Origin: Aliivibrio fischeri ES114
GTDB taxonomy: Bacteria > Pseudomonadota > Gammaproteobacteria > Enterobacterales > Vibrionaceae
DNA length: 32,000 nucleotides
Assembly (NCBI RefSeq): GCF_000011805.1
Contig: NC_006840.2
Reading direction: 5' to 3' (one strand)
The notes below the pieces were generated by a model. It worked only from the letters and a program-made list of their open reading frames with translations. It had not been told where the DNA came from and did no database searches. Below are positions 9,801 through 18,990 of this stretch, one piece after another. Within the stretch, counting starts at the first letter, position 1. The number at the start of each line of letters is the position of its first letter. The translations under genes and the position numbers were made by a program.

Positions 9801-10441
9801 AAATCATCATTAAATTGCTAGAGAAAGAAAACTACGATGCAGAATGGCTAGAGGTCGTTCAAACCATGATGCAACGAGTGTTAGATTGTCCACTTGATGG
9901 TGAGAACTTACGTTTAGCAAGTAAAGGTCCAACTCAACGTTTGGTTGAAATGGAATTTTTACTTCCTATTGAATTGTTAAACTCAAGTTTAGTGAATAAG
10001 ACCATAGCGAAACATGATGAAGTATCAGCAAGAGCCGGGGAATTAGGTTTCTCTACCGTTAGCGGTATGCTCAAAGGTTTTATCGATTTAGTGTTTGAGC
10101 ATGAAGGTAAATATTACGTTCTCGATTGGAAATCAAATCATCTGGGAGACTCCCCAGAATGTTATGGTGGAGAATCCTTAGTTGAGGCGATGCGAGATCA
10201 CCGTTATGACTTCCAATACCAATTATATGCTTTAGCGCTTCATCGATTTTTGAAGAGCCGTATTGCTGATTATGATTACGATACCCATTTTGGTGGGGCG
10301 TATTATATTTTCTTACGTGGCGTTGAAGAGACACATGAAGGGCATAATGCAAATTCTAACGGTGTATTTTATTCAAAACCGAGTAAAGCCTTGTTAGAAG
10401 AGTTAGAGAAATTGGTAGATGGAGAAACAGTTGATGCTTAA
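6815..10441 (+). CDS. recB: Exodeoxyribonuclease V subunit beta (RecB helicase-nuclease)
   Basis: Walker A LIEASAGTGKTFTIASLYLRLLLG, SF1 motif LIDEFQDTDPLQYSIF, C-terminal nuclease motif VLDWKSNHLG. The ORF track begins at an in-frame TTG at 6812. Confidence 0.97.
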   Translation: MTTIAAPNQLNAMTFPLHGTRLIEASAGTGKTFTIASLYLRLLLGHGDEGTRHQEELTVDRILVVTFTEAATAELRERIRAKIHDARLAFARAVHNNGYKSGDPVIDPLLASIGDHKSAAQILLNAERSMDEASIFTIHGFCQRMLTQNAFESGAQFESEFVTDQAKLMHQVAADFWRRSFYHLPKMVAESVYDCWSSPSALLGDMGNSLTGVPKHLTVEPLENSLEEFCQQGIARIDELKKQWSEHCADFEALIAGSGVDKRSYTKKNLPNWLEQVSSWANNPTTSLQVHDKLEKFSQELLIEKTKKGEAPEHAVFKLIDDFLAQSLEIKQPLLSLAIHRCRKTLQQAKEQKNWLSFDDLLTQLSQATENQDNALLLEKIREQYPVALIDEFQDTDPLQYSIFSTLYQDQPQCGLFMIGDPKQAIYAFRGADIFTYIQARRQVVDHYTLDTNWRSTADMVSSVNRIFEHGKQPFLYDDDIPFYPVKYNPVNAEQKSWALDNHTQPAMTFWLQESKDGNPVNKTSYQRVMAESTAAQIQTILTGAQQGSAYLQNGEKKQAIKAGDIAVLVRTGKEGKLVREALSKQGIASVYLSNRDSVFSSPLAKDVLRLLQAAMTPTDARAVRSALASSLFAYTADQLHQFNVDEMQWEQAVNEFRAYRKHWQQRGIMPMLHQIITQQGISERLLAENGGERQLTDLLHIGELLQQTSQTLDSDYGLLRWLSDSISEPNGDSEEQTVRLESERNLVQIVTIHKSKGLEYDLVFLPFVCLYRAVDKKGEVSFYDEDNRYSVLDLLKEDDSVEKAEKERLAEDLRLIYVALTRAVYACYIGMAPITKGISKKPPTGVHLSGLGYLIQQADECNVEELQACLEKLIVGNSPMVIQSPQTIIDELYQEVQDEHIELYANKLIEPVKSNWWMTSYSGLVKQGNHHNDTSLELINLDIDSAEDKDDKELDLEPERTIFTFPRGARAGTFLHSLFEEVEFTQPITSEENTQIIIKLLEKENYDAEWLEVVQTMMQRVLDCPLDGENLRLASKGPTQRLVEMEFLLPIELLNSSLVNKTIAKHDEVSARAGELGFSTVSGMLKGFIDLVFEHEGKYYVLDWKSNHLGDSPECYGGESLVEAMRDHRYDFQYQLYALALHRFLKSRIADYDYDTHFGGAYYIFLRGVEETHEGHNANSNGVFYSKPSKALLEELEKLVDGETVDA

Positions 10442-12452
10442 GCAATTACAACACTTAATGGATCATGGTGTACTTCGCCCATTGGATCTTCAATTTGCTA
10501 AATTTATCGCTCAGCAAGAAAAAAACAGTGATAGTAATTTACTTATGTTGCTATCAGCCATTACGAGTCATGAACTAGGTCGTGGTCATGTATGTATTGA
10601 TATTGAGCAGATAGAGCAAGGGGAGCTCTTTACTCTTCCAGCAAAATATCGTGATGCATTATTAGAGTTAGTCCCTGAAAGAAGCGCTTGGGCAGAACAA
10701 TTAATTAATGCATCAACTGTCTCAAATGGCACAGAGGCAACCCCTTTAGCTTTTGATGGTACTCGCTTGTATTTACAACGCTACTGGGCATTTGAACAAC
10801 GTGTGTCTAACCGTATTACTAAAGCGGCGCAAAGTGTTGCAGTAAACCCTCAGCTATCGAATACATTGGATGAGTTGTTTGCTCGTCAGTATCATTTTCT
10901 ATTTTCAGCATTGAAAAAGTTGGAGAATAACAATCAAGTTTCTCGCCAACAATTAGTGTGCGATATGTTGGATGTTGTTCAATCTGATGATCTGGATTGG
11001 CAGGCGATTGATACGGTGTTATTAGCTGCGACCAAATCTTCAGAATTAGAAACGTTAGATCAATTAATTCCAAATAACCACTGTGTGAATTGGCAAAAAG
11101 TCGCGGCAGCTGTGGCGTTAACTCGTCGATTCTCAGTAATTTCTGGTGGTCCAGGTACGGGTAAAACAACCACAGTAACCAAGCTTTTGGCTTCCTTAGT
11201 GACACAAGCTAAGCAGGATAATAAGAACATAGCGATTAAACTGGTTGCGCCAACAGGTAAAGCCGCGGCGCGTTTGACTGAATCCATTGGTCAGGCGGTA
11301 CAATCCATTGGTTTAGCACCTGAAGTGAAAGAAGCGATCCCAACAGATGCCAGTACACTACATCGCTTACTTGGTTATATTCCTAATCAAGTGGATTTTC
11401 GTCATAACAAATCCAATCCGTTACACCTTGATGTATTGGTGGTGGATGAAGCGTCTATGGTCGATTTGCCTATGATGGCTCGATTACTCGATGCCGTGCC
11501 TGAACACGCTCGTGTTATTTTATTGGGTGATAAAGATCAACTCGCTTCAGTTGAAGCGGGAGCGGTGTTAGGTGATATTTGTCAGTTTACTAAAATGGGT
11601 TACAGCCAGAATCAAGCACAGCAATTATCTCAACTAACTGGCTTTAATCTATCGGCACAATTACATAATAATGCGGTTGCAGATAGCTTATGTATGCTGC
11701 AAAAGAGTTACCGTTTTGATGCGCGTTCAGGCATAGGTCAGCTTGCCAAAGCAATTAATGAAGGCAGTAAATTTAAAGTAGAAGCTGTGTGGGATAAAGG
11801 GTTTTCAGATATTCGTTTTCATGATTTAAGTAATAATAGCTACAACGCAATGATTACTATGATGGTTAATGGTTATCGTAGTTACTTAGGGCATATCCAT
11901 GCAGGTGATAAACCTGAAATCGTACTGAAAGCATTTAGCCAAATTCAATTATTATGTGCGATGCGCGAAGGGGATTTTGGTGTGGTTGGATTAAATCAAC
12001 GTATTGAAAAAGCGTTGAAAAAGTCTGATTTAATCCCTCATGGTGATGAAATTTGGTATTCGGGTCGTCCTGTTATGGTTACGCAAAATGATTATGGTGT
12101 TGGTTTGTATAATGGCGATATTGGTATTGCTATGCCAGATCCTATTGATCAGCGTTTGCGTGTCTATTTTGATATGCCAGATGGCTCTATTCGTGGTGTG
12201 CTACCAAGCCAATTACCAGAACATGAAACGGTTTATGCTATGACCATTCATAAGTCTCAGGGCTCTGAGTTTGAGCATACAGTATTGGCATTACCAGCAG
12301 AGTTTAGCCCAATTTTAACCCGTGAGCTGATTTATACGGGCGTGACTCGAGCGAAGAAAAAACTCGATTTATTTGCGACGGAAAAAGTGGTGGCTCGAGG
12401 GGTTATGATTAAAACTCAGAGAAACAGTGGGTTAGTATCACTAATGAATTAA
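10434..12452 (+). CDS. recD: Exodeoxyribonuclease V subunit alpha (RecD helicase)
   Basis: MLKQLQHLMDHGVLRPLDLQFAKFI N-terminus and Walker A ISGGPGTGKTTTVTKLL; overlaps the recB 3' end. The ORF track begins upstream at 10419. Confidence 0.96.
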   Translation: MLKQLQHLMDHGVLRPLDLQFAKFIAQQEKNSDSNLLMLLSAITSHELGRGHVCIDIEQIEQGELFTLPAKYRDALLELVPERSAWAEQLINASTVSNGTEATPLAFDGTRLYLQRYWAFEQRVSNRITKAAQSVAVNPQLSNTLDELFARQYHFLFSALKKLENNNQVSRQQLVCDMLDVVQSDDLDWQAIDTVLLAATKSSELETLDQLIPNNHCVNWQKVAAAVALTRRFSVISGGPGTGKTTTVTKLLASLVTQAKQDNKNIAIKLVAPTGKAAARLTESIGQAVQSIGLAPEVKEAIPTDASTLHRLLGYIPNQVDFRHNKSNPLHLDVLVVDEASMVDLPMMARLLDAVPEHARVILLGDKDQLASVEAGAVLGDICQFTKMGYSQNQAQQLSQLTGFNLSAQLHNNAVADSLCMLQKSYRFDARSGIGQLAKAINEGSKFKVEAVWDKGFSDIRFHDLSNNSYNAMITMMVNGYRSYLGHIHAGDKPEIVLKAFSQIQLLCAMREGDFGVVGLNQRIEKALKKSDLIPHGDEIWYSGRPVMVTQNDYGVGLYNGDIGIAMPDPIDQRLRVYFDMPDGSIRGVLPSQLPEHETVYAMTIHKSQGSEFEHTVLALPAEFSPILTRELIYTGVTRAKKKLDLFATEKVVARGVMIKTQRNSGLVSLMN

Positions 12453-12500
12453 ATAATATAAGAGTGATTAACTTTTAGAAGTCGGTCACTCTATTATTTC
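12452..12500 (+). terminator. Possible weak terminator after recD
   Basis: AGAGTGA(12461-12467)...TCACTCT(12486-12492) followed by ATTATTTC; weak U-tract. Confidence 0.4.
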
Positions 12501-12662
12501 ATCTTTGTAATAGTTATTTACTATTTTTGAGTCTAGCCAAAGAGTCAAAAATGCCTATAATTGCGGCTCTAAAATTCGGAAGGAATGTCGGATATTCTAT
12601 TTTTACCAACTATGTTAATTAGATGATTAGTGGTTGGTTCTGATCTAGAGTTTTACTGTTAT

Positions 12663-13016
12663 ATGTTTAAATTACTTGTTTCAATGCCGCCTGCGATGGC
12701 TCTTATTATTGCGATTATTTCAGAAGTGATTGCAACCTCATTCATTCCTAAAACCGAGCAATTTACTAAGTTAACACCAAGTTTAATTGTGGCTGTTGGC
12801 TATGGCATTGCTTTCTTTTTGCTGTCTGTAACCGTAAAAAGTATGCCTGTTGGTATTGTTTACGCAATCTGGAGTGGTGCCGGTATCGTCCTTGTTGCCG
12901 CGATTGGATATTTTGCTTACGGACAGAAGTTAGATCTTGCAGGGATCATTGGGATTAGCTTAATTTTGTCTGGTGTTCTTGTGGTTAACTTATTATCAAA
13001 AACTGCAGGTCATTAG
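12663..13016 (+). CDS. Small multidrug resistance (SMR) family transporter, EmrE-like
   Basis: Four hydrophobic segments with SMR signatures: IIAIISEVIATSFIPKTEQFTKLTPSL, PVGIVYAIWSGAGIVLVAAIG, GQKLDLAGIIGISLILSGVLVVNLLSK. Confidence 0.9.
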   Translation: MFKLLVSMPPAMALIIAIISEVIATSFIPKTEQFTKLTPSLIVAVGYGIAFFLLSVTVKSMPVGIVYAIWSGAGIVLVAAIGYFAYGQKLDLAGIIGISLILSGVLVVNLLSKTAGH

Positions 13017-13064
13017 TCATTAACCTCAAGCTTGGATAGTTTTAAGTTATTCAGTCAGAACAAA

Positions 13065-13100
13065 TAGGCCGCAAAGGGATTTCCTTCTGCGGCCTTTTTT
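13065..13100. terminator. Rho-independent terminator between convergent SMR gene and argA
   Basis: GGCCGC (13067-13072) ... GCGGCC (13089-13094) followed by TTTTTT. Confidence 0.88.
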
Positions 13101-14439
13101 ATAATCCTTTTAACACAAGAATTTTTGATTTTCTCTGAAAGTTGTACAGTTTCTGTTTTTTTATCGGTAAGTGTGAAACATCTACCTCAATAAAACCTTG
13201 TTCTCTAAACCAATGAAGGCTGCGAGTGGTAAGAACAAAGAGCTGTGACAATTTGAACTGTTTTGCTTTACTGCGTAAGCGGTTCAGTAAAGTCACTCCA
13301 CGGTCGCCATCTCGATAGTCAGGATGAACAGCAACACAGCCCATTTCTGCCATTCCTTCTTCAGGGAAAGGATATAAAGCGGCACACGCTATAACTAATC
13401 CATCTTTTTCAATAATCGTAAATTGTGCAATCTCTTGTTCTAACTGTTCACGAGAGCGGCGAACTAAAATGCCTTCTTCTTCTAATGGGCGAATTAAATC
13501 TAATATGCCACCAATGTCATCAATTTCAGCATCACGAACTTGTTCAGAGCTCGCCATTACTACTTGAGTACCAATACCATCAAAAGAAAATAACTCTTGA
13601 ATTAATGCGCCATCTTCTTTGTAGCTAATTAGGTGACTACGAGGAACCCCAGCTTTGCATGCAGATATCGCTCCTTTTAAAAAGCGCATTGTGCCCGTGA
13701 GTTTTCCATTTTCTGGTGTTAATTCTTTTTCAAGACGTTGGAGGATCTCTTCAGCTTCACTTGGAAATAACTCCGCTAAAATCTGTCCTTTTTCATTAAG
13801 AACACCTTGCTCTGAACAGAAACCAATGAGCTTGTCGGCATTTAAGCGGATAGCTAACTGAGTGGCGACATCTTCTGATAAAAGATTAAAACATTCGCCG
13901 GTAACAGAACTCGCAACAGGACCAAGTAGAACAATAGATTGTTGATCTAACATGCGGTTGATCCCTTGGGTATCGATTCGACGGACACGTCCACTGTGGC
14001 AATAATCAATACCATCATCAACACCTAGAGGTTGAGCAATAACAAAATTGCCGCTGATAACGTTAATTTGCGCTCCTGCCATTGGTGTATTGTTTAAGCT
14101 CATTGAGAGGCGAGCTGTGATGTCGAGTTGTAACTGTCCAGCTATCTGCTTTACAAGCTCTAGCGTTTGCTCATCGGTAATGCGTATACCTTTATGGAAA
14201 GGAGCGTGATGTTCTGTCTGTTTTAGTAATGAACGCATCTGAGGACGAGTGCCATATACAATGACAATTCGTAATCCTAACGAGTTGAGCAGGGCAATAT
14301 CATTAACTATATTAGCGAAGTTAGGATCTGCAATCGCTTCTCCACCAAGCATGATAACAACGGTTTTATCTCTATGAGCGTTAACGTAAGGTGCGGATTG
14401 ACGAAACCCTTTAACTAAAGCAGTACTACGAAACTTCAC
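13099..14439 (-). CDS. argA: Amino-acid N-acetyltransferase (N-acetylglutamate synthase)
   Basis: 446 aa; amino acid kinase-like N-domain ([42 protein letters not shown]) plus C-terminal GNAT domain; adjacent to recD as in E. coli. GTG start. Confidence 0.96.
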   Translation of the reverse strand: MKFRSTALVKGFRQSAPYVNAHRDKTVVIMLGGEAIADPNFANIVNDIALLNSLGLRIVIVYGTRPQMRSLLKQTEHHAPFHKGIRITDEQTLELVKQIAGQLQLDITARLSMSLNNTPMAGAQINVISGNFVIAQPLGVDDGIDYCHSGRVRRIDTQGINRMLDQQSIVLLGPVASSVTGECFNLLSEDVATQLAIRLNADKLIGFCSEQGVLNEKGQILAELFPSEAEEILQRLEKELTPENGKLTGTMRFLKGAISACKAGVPRSHLISYKEDGALIQELFSFDGIGTQVVMASSEQVRDAEIDDIGGILDLIRPLEEEGILVRRSREQLEQEIAQFTIIEKDGLVIACAALYPFPEEGMAEMGCVAVHPDYRDGDRGVTLLNRLRSKAKQFKLSQLFVLTTRSLHWFREQGFIEVDVSHLPIKKQKLYNFQRKSKILVLKGL

Positions 14440-14455
14440 GATATATCTTCCATGA

Positions 14456-14490
14456 TAAATACTTATTCACTTATTGTGACTATTTATTTT
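14456..14490 (-). promoter_or_regulatory. Tandem ArgR (ARG) boxes upstream of argA
   Basis: Minus-strand TGAATAAGTATTTA (14469-14456) is near-consensus TGAATwwwwATTCA; a second degenerate box AAAATAAATAGTCA (14490-14477) lies exactly 21 bp away, the usual ArgR box spacing. Confidence 0.75.
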
Positions 14491-14588
14491 AAATTGCGCA
14501 AGTCTTTAGTAGAAGGTCACATAACTTTTTCTTAATATTTTAAAAAAATGCCGATAAGCTTATATATCAATGGTTTTTATTAGGCGTA

Positions 14589-14975
14589 GTGATGAGTCAA
14601 GCCCAAGAAAAAGAGTTACAAAAAAGAAAAGTTCGATTATTGGTGTTAATTGGACTTGTTGCGGTTGGCCTTGTTGCTGGGACAATTGCTGCAATGTATC
14701 GAGCGGGCATGTTTGCGAAAATGCCATCAACTCAACTATATGGGAATTGGGTTGAGTTGGGTGTACCAAGCTATGCACAGGATAGTTTTACTATCAGTTC
14801 TGCTGGTATTTATACGCATGGCCGTTTAATTAATACACAATATGAGTTTGACGGCACAATATTGCGTTATATGCACGGTGATACTGAATACGTGTATCAA
14901 GTTGAAGATGAAGATGGCGAACAGCTTTTACGCATCAAGCCTACTCATTATAAATCCAGTTTTCGTAAACAGTAA
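14589..14975 (+). CDS. Small single-pass membrane protein, Vibrionaceae conserved hypothetical (possibly DUF2850)
   Basis: 128-aa ORF with one N-terminal TM segment (VRLLVLIGLVAVGLVAGTIAAMY) and a soluble domain LYGNWVELGVPSYAQDSFTISSAGIYTHGRLI. Family name from recall. Confidence 0.7.
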   Translation: MMSQAQEKELQKRKVRLLVLIGLVAVGLVAGTIAAMYRAGMFAKMPSTQLYGNWVELGVPSYAQDSFTISSAGIYTHGRLINTQYEFDGTILRYMHGDTEYVYQVEDEDGEQLLRIKPTHYKSSFRKQ

Positions 14976-15010
14976 TTATCTGCTGAAGTCTTAATTTACC
15001 TGCTTATTTT

Positions 15011-15047
15011 CTATTCGAGATAGCCCTTTATCTCGAATAGCCTTTCT
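15011..15047 (+). terminator. Hairpin/terminator after the 14589 CDS
   Basis: Perfect 12-bp stem CTATTCGAGATA (15011-15022) / TATCTCGAATAG (15029-15040), followed by CCTTTCTT. Confidence 0.6.
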
Positions 15048-15165
15048 TCGTAATGTCAAAGTTTGTCAAAATTATCCTTTTCTTACATTTATTGCACTCT
15101 AAATAATTGCCCTCTCTGAATTTGTTTGTCATCCTTGCCGCATTATTTCTCAATAAGGCTTTATT

Positions 15166-16266
15166 GTGTTTCGTAAATTATCTTTTGTGTGTGTTCTTCT
15201 TGGATTAGCTGGGTGTGCTGATCAACCAACAGATCGTGCTCAGCAGTATCTGGATGGTGGGTTTAGTAGTAACTTGAATAAAGTTGGCGAAATTAATTCA
15301 GATAAGCCTTCAGATTTTAGTGCTTTCAAAAAACAGAGTGCAGAAGTTTTAGAGCGTTCTGAATCAATGTCATTACGTTATGAAGAACTCTATGTTCAAT
15401 TACAAAAATGGATTGATGAAAGTTCAAACCCTGCAGAGTTGTCGAACTACGGTATTCAATTTGCTCAGATGGGGGGGGGGGATAAAAAAGGTAACGTAAT
15501 GTTTACCGGTTACTTTTCTCCAGTAATTGAGATGCGTCATACGCCGAACGAAACGTTTAAATACCCAGTATATGATAAGCCTGATTGTGGTTCAGATTGT
15601 CCAACTCGTGCAGAAATTAACGCGGGAGCATTAGCAGGATTAGGACTTGAGTTAGGTTATGCTGATAACATGATTGACCCGTTTATCATGGAAGTGCAAG
15701 GCAGTGGCTTTGTCCATTTTGGTGATGATGACAAACTTGAGTATTTTGCCTATGGTGGGAAAAATAATCATCCTTACGTAAGTATTGGCCGCATTCTGAT
15801 AGAGCGTGGTGAAGTTGAGCGTAAAGATATGTCTTTAAAAGCAATCAAAGAATGGGTTGCGAAAAACGATGAAGCAACGGTTCGTGAATTGTTAGAGACA
15901 AACCCTTCTTATGTCTTTTTCTCACCAAAAGAAGCGCATCATGTTTTAGGTACCGCTGGTATACCATTGCATGCTGGTGCCGCTGTAGCTGCCGATCGTA
16001 CTTTATTGCCTATGGGAACCCCAATCCTTGCTGAGGTCCCTCAATTAGATAAAGACGGTAAGTGGACGGGGAAACACGTACTTAAAGTGTTGCTTGCTTT
16101 AGATACCGGTGGTGCTGTGAAAGAAAACCATTTAGATCAATATTATGGAATGGGGACAGAAGCAGGTATTGCTGCGGGTCACTTTAAACATTTTGGTCGA
16201 GTGTGGAAATTGGGTTTGCAGGATACTGAAACTGAAAATCCTTGGGAAATGCCTAAATCAGAATAA
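15166..16266 (+). CDS. mltA: Membrane-bound lytic murein transglycosylase A (lipoprotein)
   Basis: Lipobox LAGC; MltA motifs GNVMFTGYFSPVIEMRHT, FIMEVQGSGFVHFGD, SIGRILIERGEV, NPSYVFF, ALDTGGAVKENHLDQYYGMGTEAG. GTG start. Confidence 0.95.
   Translation: MFRKLSFVCVLLGLAGCADQPTDRAQQYLDGGFSSNLNKVGEINSDKPSDFSAFKKQSAEVLERSESMSLRYEELYVQLQKWIDESSNPAELSNYGIQFAQMGGGDKKGNVMFTGYFSPVIEMRHTPNETFKYPVYDKPDCGSDCPTRAEINAGALAGLGLELGYADNMIDPFIMEVQGSGFVHFGDDDKLEYFAYGGKNNHPYVSIGRILIERGEVERKDMSLKAIKEWVAKNDEATVRELLETNPSYVFFSPKEAHHVLGTAGIPLHAGAAVAADRTLLPMGTPILAEVPQLDKDGKWTGKHVLKVLLALDTGGAVKENHLDQYYGMGTEAGIAAGHFKHFGRVWKLGLQDTETENPWEMPKSE
15471..15481 (+). repeat. Poly-G tract (11 G) inside mltA
   Basis: Direct read: CAGAT-GGGGGGGGGGG-ATAAAAAAGG, encoding Met-Gly-Gly-Gly-Asp. 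Confidence 0.97.
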
Positions 16267-16309
16267 TGTGTTGGCCGCTTGTATCGCTTAACACTTGATC
16301 TTCTAAAAA

Positions 16310-16338
16310 AGAGTGCGTATAAATCGTGCTCTTTTTTT
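16310..16338 (+). terminator. Rho-independent terminator after mltA
   Basis: AGAGTGCG-tataaat-CGTGCTCT (two G-U pairs) followed by a T-run. Confidence 0.85.
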
Positions 16339-16359
16339 GTTTTTGAGTAAGGTAACCCC

Positions 16360-17169
16360 ATGCGCGAATTAACCACTCCTGCATCTGAAAGTTATGACCA
16401 ACGTTTTGGTGGCACTCGCCGTTTGTATGGTAATAGTGAAGTAGAAATTATGCGTGCAGCTCATGTATGTGTAGTTGGTATTGGTGGTGTGGGTTCTTGG
16501 GCTGTAGAAGCGCTAGTACGTACTGGTTTAGGTGAAATTACGTTAATCGATATGGATGACGTATGTGTGACGAATATTAACCGTCAAATTCATGCGATGA
16601 CAGGTACGATTGGTCAAAGCAAAATTGAAGTCATGGCTGAGCGCATTAAATTAATTAACCCTGAGTGTAAGATTAATTTAATCGATGATTTCATTACCCC
16701 TGAAAATCTATCTGAATACATCTCTAAAGAGTTTGATTACGTACTTGATGCCATTGATAGCATGAAACCTAAAGCGGCATTACTGGCTTATTGTAAGAGC
16801 AATAAGATTAAAGTCATTACGACTGGTGGTGCAGGTGGTCAAACGGATCCGACTCAAATTCAAATCACAGATTTAACTAAGACGATTCAAGATCCTTTGG
16901 CTAAGAAATTGCGTGATACGCTGCGTCGCCACCATAATTTTACTAAGAACCCTAAACGTAAATTTGGTATTGATTGTGTGTACTCAACTGAGCATTTGAA
17001 ATACCCACAAGCTGATGGCTCAGTATGTGCGACTAAAGCAACTGCTGAAGGTCCTAAGCGTATGGATTGTGCGAGTGGTTTTGGTGCTGCTACGGTGGTA
17101 ACGGCGACGTTTGGGTTTGTTGCTGTGTCGAGAATTGTAGAAAAATTGATTGAGAAACACAGTAAGTAG
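16360..17169 (+). CDS. tcdA: tRNA cyclic N6-threonylcarbamoyladenosine(37) synthase TcdA (CsdL)
   Basis: E1/ThiF-like: YDQRFGGTRRLYG, VVGIGGVGSWAVEALVRTGLGEITLIDMDDVCVTNINRQIHA; next to csdE/csdA. Confidence 0.95.
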   Translation: MRELTTPASESYDQRFGGTRRLYGNSEVEIMRAAHVCVVGIGGVGSWAVEALVRTGLGEITLIDMDDVCVTNINRQIHAMTGTIGQSKIEVMAERIKLINPECKINLIDDFITPENLSEYISKEFDYVLDAIDSMKPKAALLAYCKSNKIKVITTGGAGGQTDPTQIQITDLTKTIQDPLAKKLRDTLRRHHNFTKNPKRKFGIDCVYSTEHLKYPQADGSVCATKATAEGPKRMDCASGFGAATVVTATFGFVAVSRIVEKLIEKHSK

Positions 17170-17183
17170 GGACTAGGGATTAG
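17167..17183. repeat. TAGGGAC heptamer repeat at the tcdA stop codon
   Basis: TAGGGAC-TAGGGAT-TAG; the first TAG is the tcdA stop codon. Confidence 0.75.
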
Positions 17184-17250
17184 AAGTAAGGTACGAGTAA
17201 AAGCCTTTCTCGTACTTAGCTTCTTGAAGCGAAGCGTTCTCGTTCCTGCT

Positions 17251-17676
17251 TTAAATTAAGCCGTTGATCGTTTCAATGATCGCTTTAAGCCCATTACCAC
17301 GTGATGGGCTTAAATGTTCAATTAACCCCAATTGAGCAAAATACCCATCCATATCAAACGCCTTAATCTCTTCTGCGGTTTTATTATTAACTGCCGCCAT
17401 GACTAATGCGATAAGCCCACGAACAATTCTTGCATCAGAGTCTGCGCAGAAAAAATAAACACCATCAACGATTTCATGTTGTAACCATACTTTACTTTCA
17501 CAACCAGAGATCGTCACGTTCTCTTGTTGTAGCTCTTCAGGCATGCTAGGCAGTTTTTTACCTAATTGAATTACGTTACGGTAGCGGTCTTCCCAACCTT
17601 TAGCGTTACTCATTAAATCAAGTACTGTCGAGTGAGTAATGTCAAAACCAAAAGGCGATGATGGGAAAGTGGACAT
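17251..17676 (-). CDS. csdE: Cysteine desulfurase sulfur acceptor subunit CsdE (SufE family)
   Basis: SufE-like: WEDRYRNVIQLGKKLPSMPEELQQENVTISGCESKVWL, with conserved Cys in GCES. Confidence 0.94.
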   Translation of the reverse strand: MSTFPSSPFGFDITHSTVLDLMSNAKGWEDRYRNVIQLGKKLPSMPEELQQENVTISGCESKVWLQHEIVDGVYFFCADSDARIVRGLIALVMAAVNNKTAEEIKAFDMDGYFAQLGLIEHLSPSRGNGLKAIIETINGLI

Positions 17677-17699
17677 AAATGAATACCTTAAATTTGAGC

Positions 17700-18917
17700 T
17701 TATAGCATATCTGCGGCTTTGTTTAGCGCGTCGATAAAACGTTGAACATCTTGTTTTGTATTATACAAGGCAAATGAAACACGTACAGTACCTGTAAGCC
17801 CTAGAGCATCTAGCATAGGGTGAGCACAGTGATTACCTGAGCGTACAGCGATGCCTTGTTGATCTAATAGCGTAGCTATATCTTGGTGATGGACACCATC
17901 AATAACAAAAGAGAATAGGCTAGCGTTATCTTGTAACCCAATAAAGCGTAAATCCTCAATATCTTTGATTCCATCAATCGCTATTTGACGAAGTTCATTA
18001 ATATGAGCATTTAGATCATCATGGGCAAATTGCTTAACCCAGTTAATTGCTGTGGCAAAAGCAATCGCTCCGGCAACATTAGGTGTACCTGCTTCAAATT
18101 TTCCTGGAAGTTCTGCAAATGTGGTTTTTTCAAACGACACTTTCTCAACCATTTTACCGCCCCCGTGCCATACAGGCATGGACTCAAGTAAGTGTTGTTT
18201 ACCATATAGAGCACCGATCCCTGCAGGTGCAAATAATTTATGACCAGAGCAAACATAGAAGTCGGCATTCATTGCTTGAACATCAATAGTATGATGAACA
18301 ATACCTTGAGCACCATCAACTACAACAATCGCCCCAACGTTGTGTGCAATCTTAATGATTTCTTCAATAGGGTTTAGGGTTCCAGTTACGTTGGTCACTT
18401 GAGCTACGGCTACAATTTTGGTGTTTTGGGTTACCAATGATTCAAATGCATCCATATCTAATGTGCAATTTGATTTCATTGGGATTTTAATGACTTTTGC
18501 CCCGGTTTGTTCTGCAACAATTTGCCAAGGAACAATATTCGCGTGGTGTTCTAATTCACTCACTAAAATTTCATCATTAACTTGTAATGTATTACGAGCA
18601 TAAGTTTGAGCGATTAAATTAATGGCTTCTGTTGCACCACGAGTCCAAATAATCTCTTTACTGCTTTTCGCATTAATGAAGTGTTGAACCGTTTCTCTGG
18701 CTTGTTCAAATTGAAGCGTAGCAGAGGCAGTTAGGCTATGACTGCCGCGATGCACATTGGCATTACTTTTTTGATAATAATCTTGAATTGCATTTAATAC
18801 AGCTAATGGTTTTTGTGTGGTTGCCGCACTATCAAAATACGCAATAGGTTGCTCATTTACTTCTTGTAATAGAGCTGGGAATTGAGAACGAACAAGTTCA
18901 ACATTAAATGCAGTCAT
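17700..18917 (-). CDS. csdA: Cysteine desulfurase CsdA (SufS family)
   Basis: PLP-dependent desulfurase: AYFDSAATTQKP, NVHRGSH, DFYVCSGHKLFAPAGIGALYG, RSGNHCAHP. ATG at 18917 is preferred; the ORF track extends to 18932. Confidence 0.94.
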   Translation of the reverse strand: MTAFNVELVRSQFPALLQEVNEQPIAYFDSAATTQKPLAVLNAIQDYYQKSNANVHRGSHSLTASATLQFEQARETVQHFINAKSSKEIIWTRGATEAINLIAQTYARNTLQVNDEILVSELEHHANIVPWQIVAEQTGAKVIKIPMKSNCTLDMDAFESLVTQNTKIVAVAQVTNVTGTLNPIEEIIKIAHNVGAIVVVDGAQGIVHHTIDVQAMNADFYVCSGHKLFAPAGIGALYGKQHLLESMPVWHGGGKMVEKVSFEKTTFAELPGKFEAGTPNVAGAIAFATAINWVKQFAHDDLNAHINELRQIAIDGIKDIEDLRFIGLQDNASLFSFVIDGVHHQDIATLLDQQGIAVRSGNHCAHPMLDALGLTGTVRVSFALYNTKQDVQRFIDALNKAADML

Positions 18918-18990
18918 AAGAATTTTCTTCATTGGGTTAGCAAACAGGAGAATGATGCGGATTTATGGGGCGTAAGTCAAAATTACAGGC

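Noticed and set aside
3104-12452. recC/recB/recD as a possible novel anti-phage system
   Set aside because: All three are canonical full-length RecBCD subunits with expected motifs; this is housekeeping recombination/repair.
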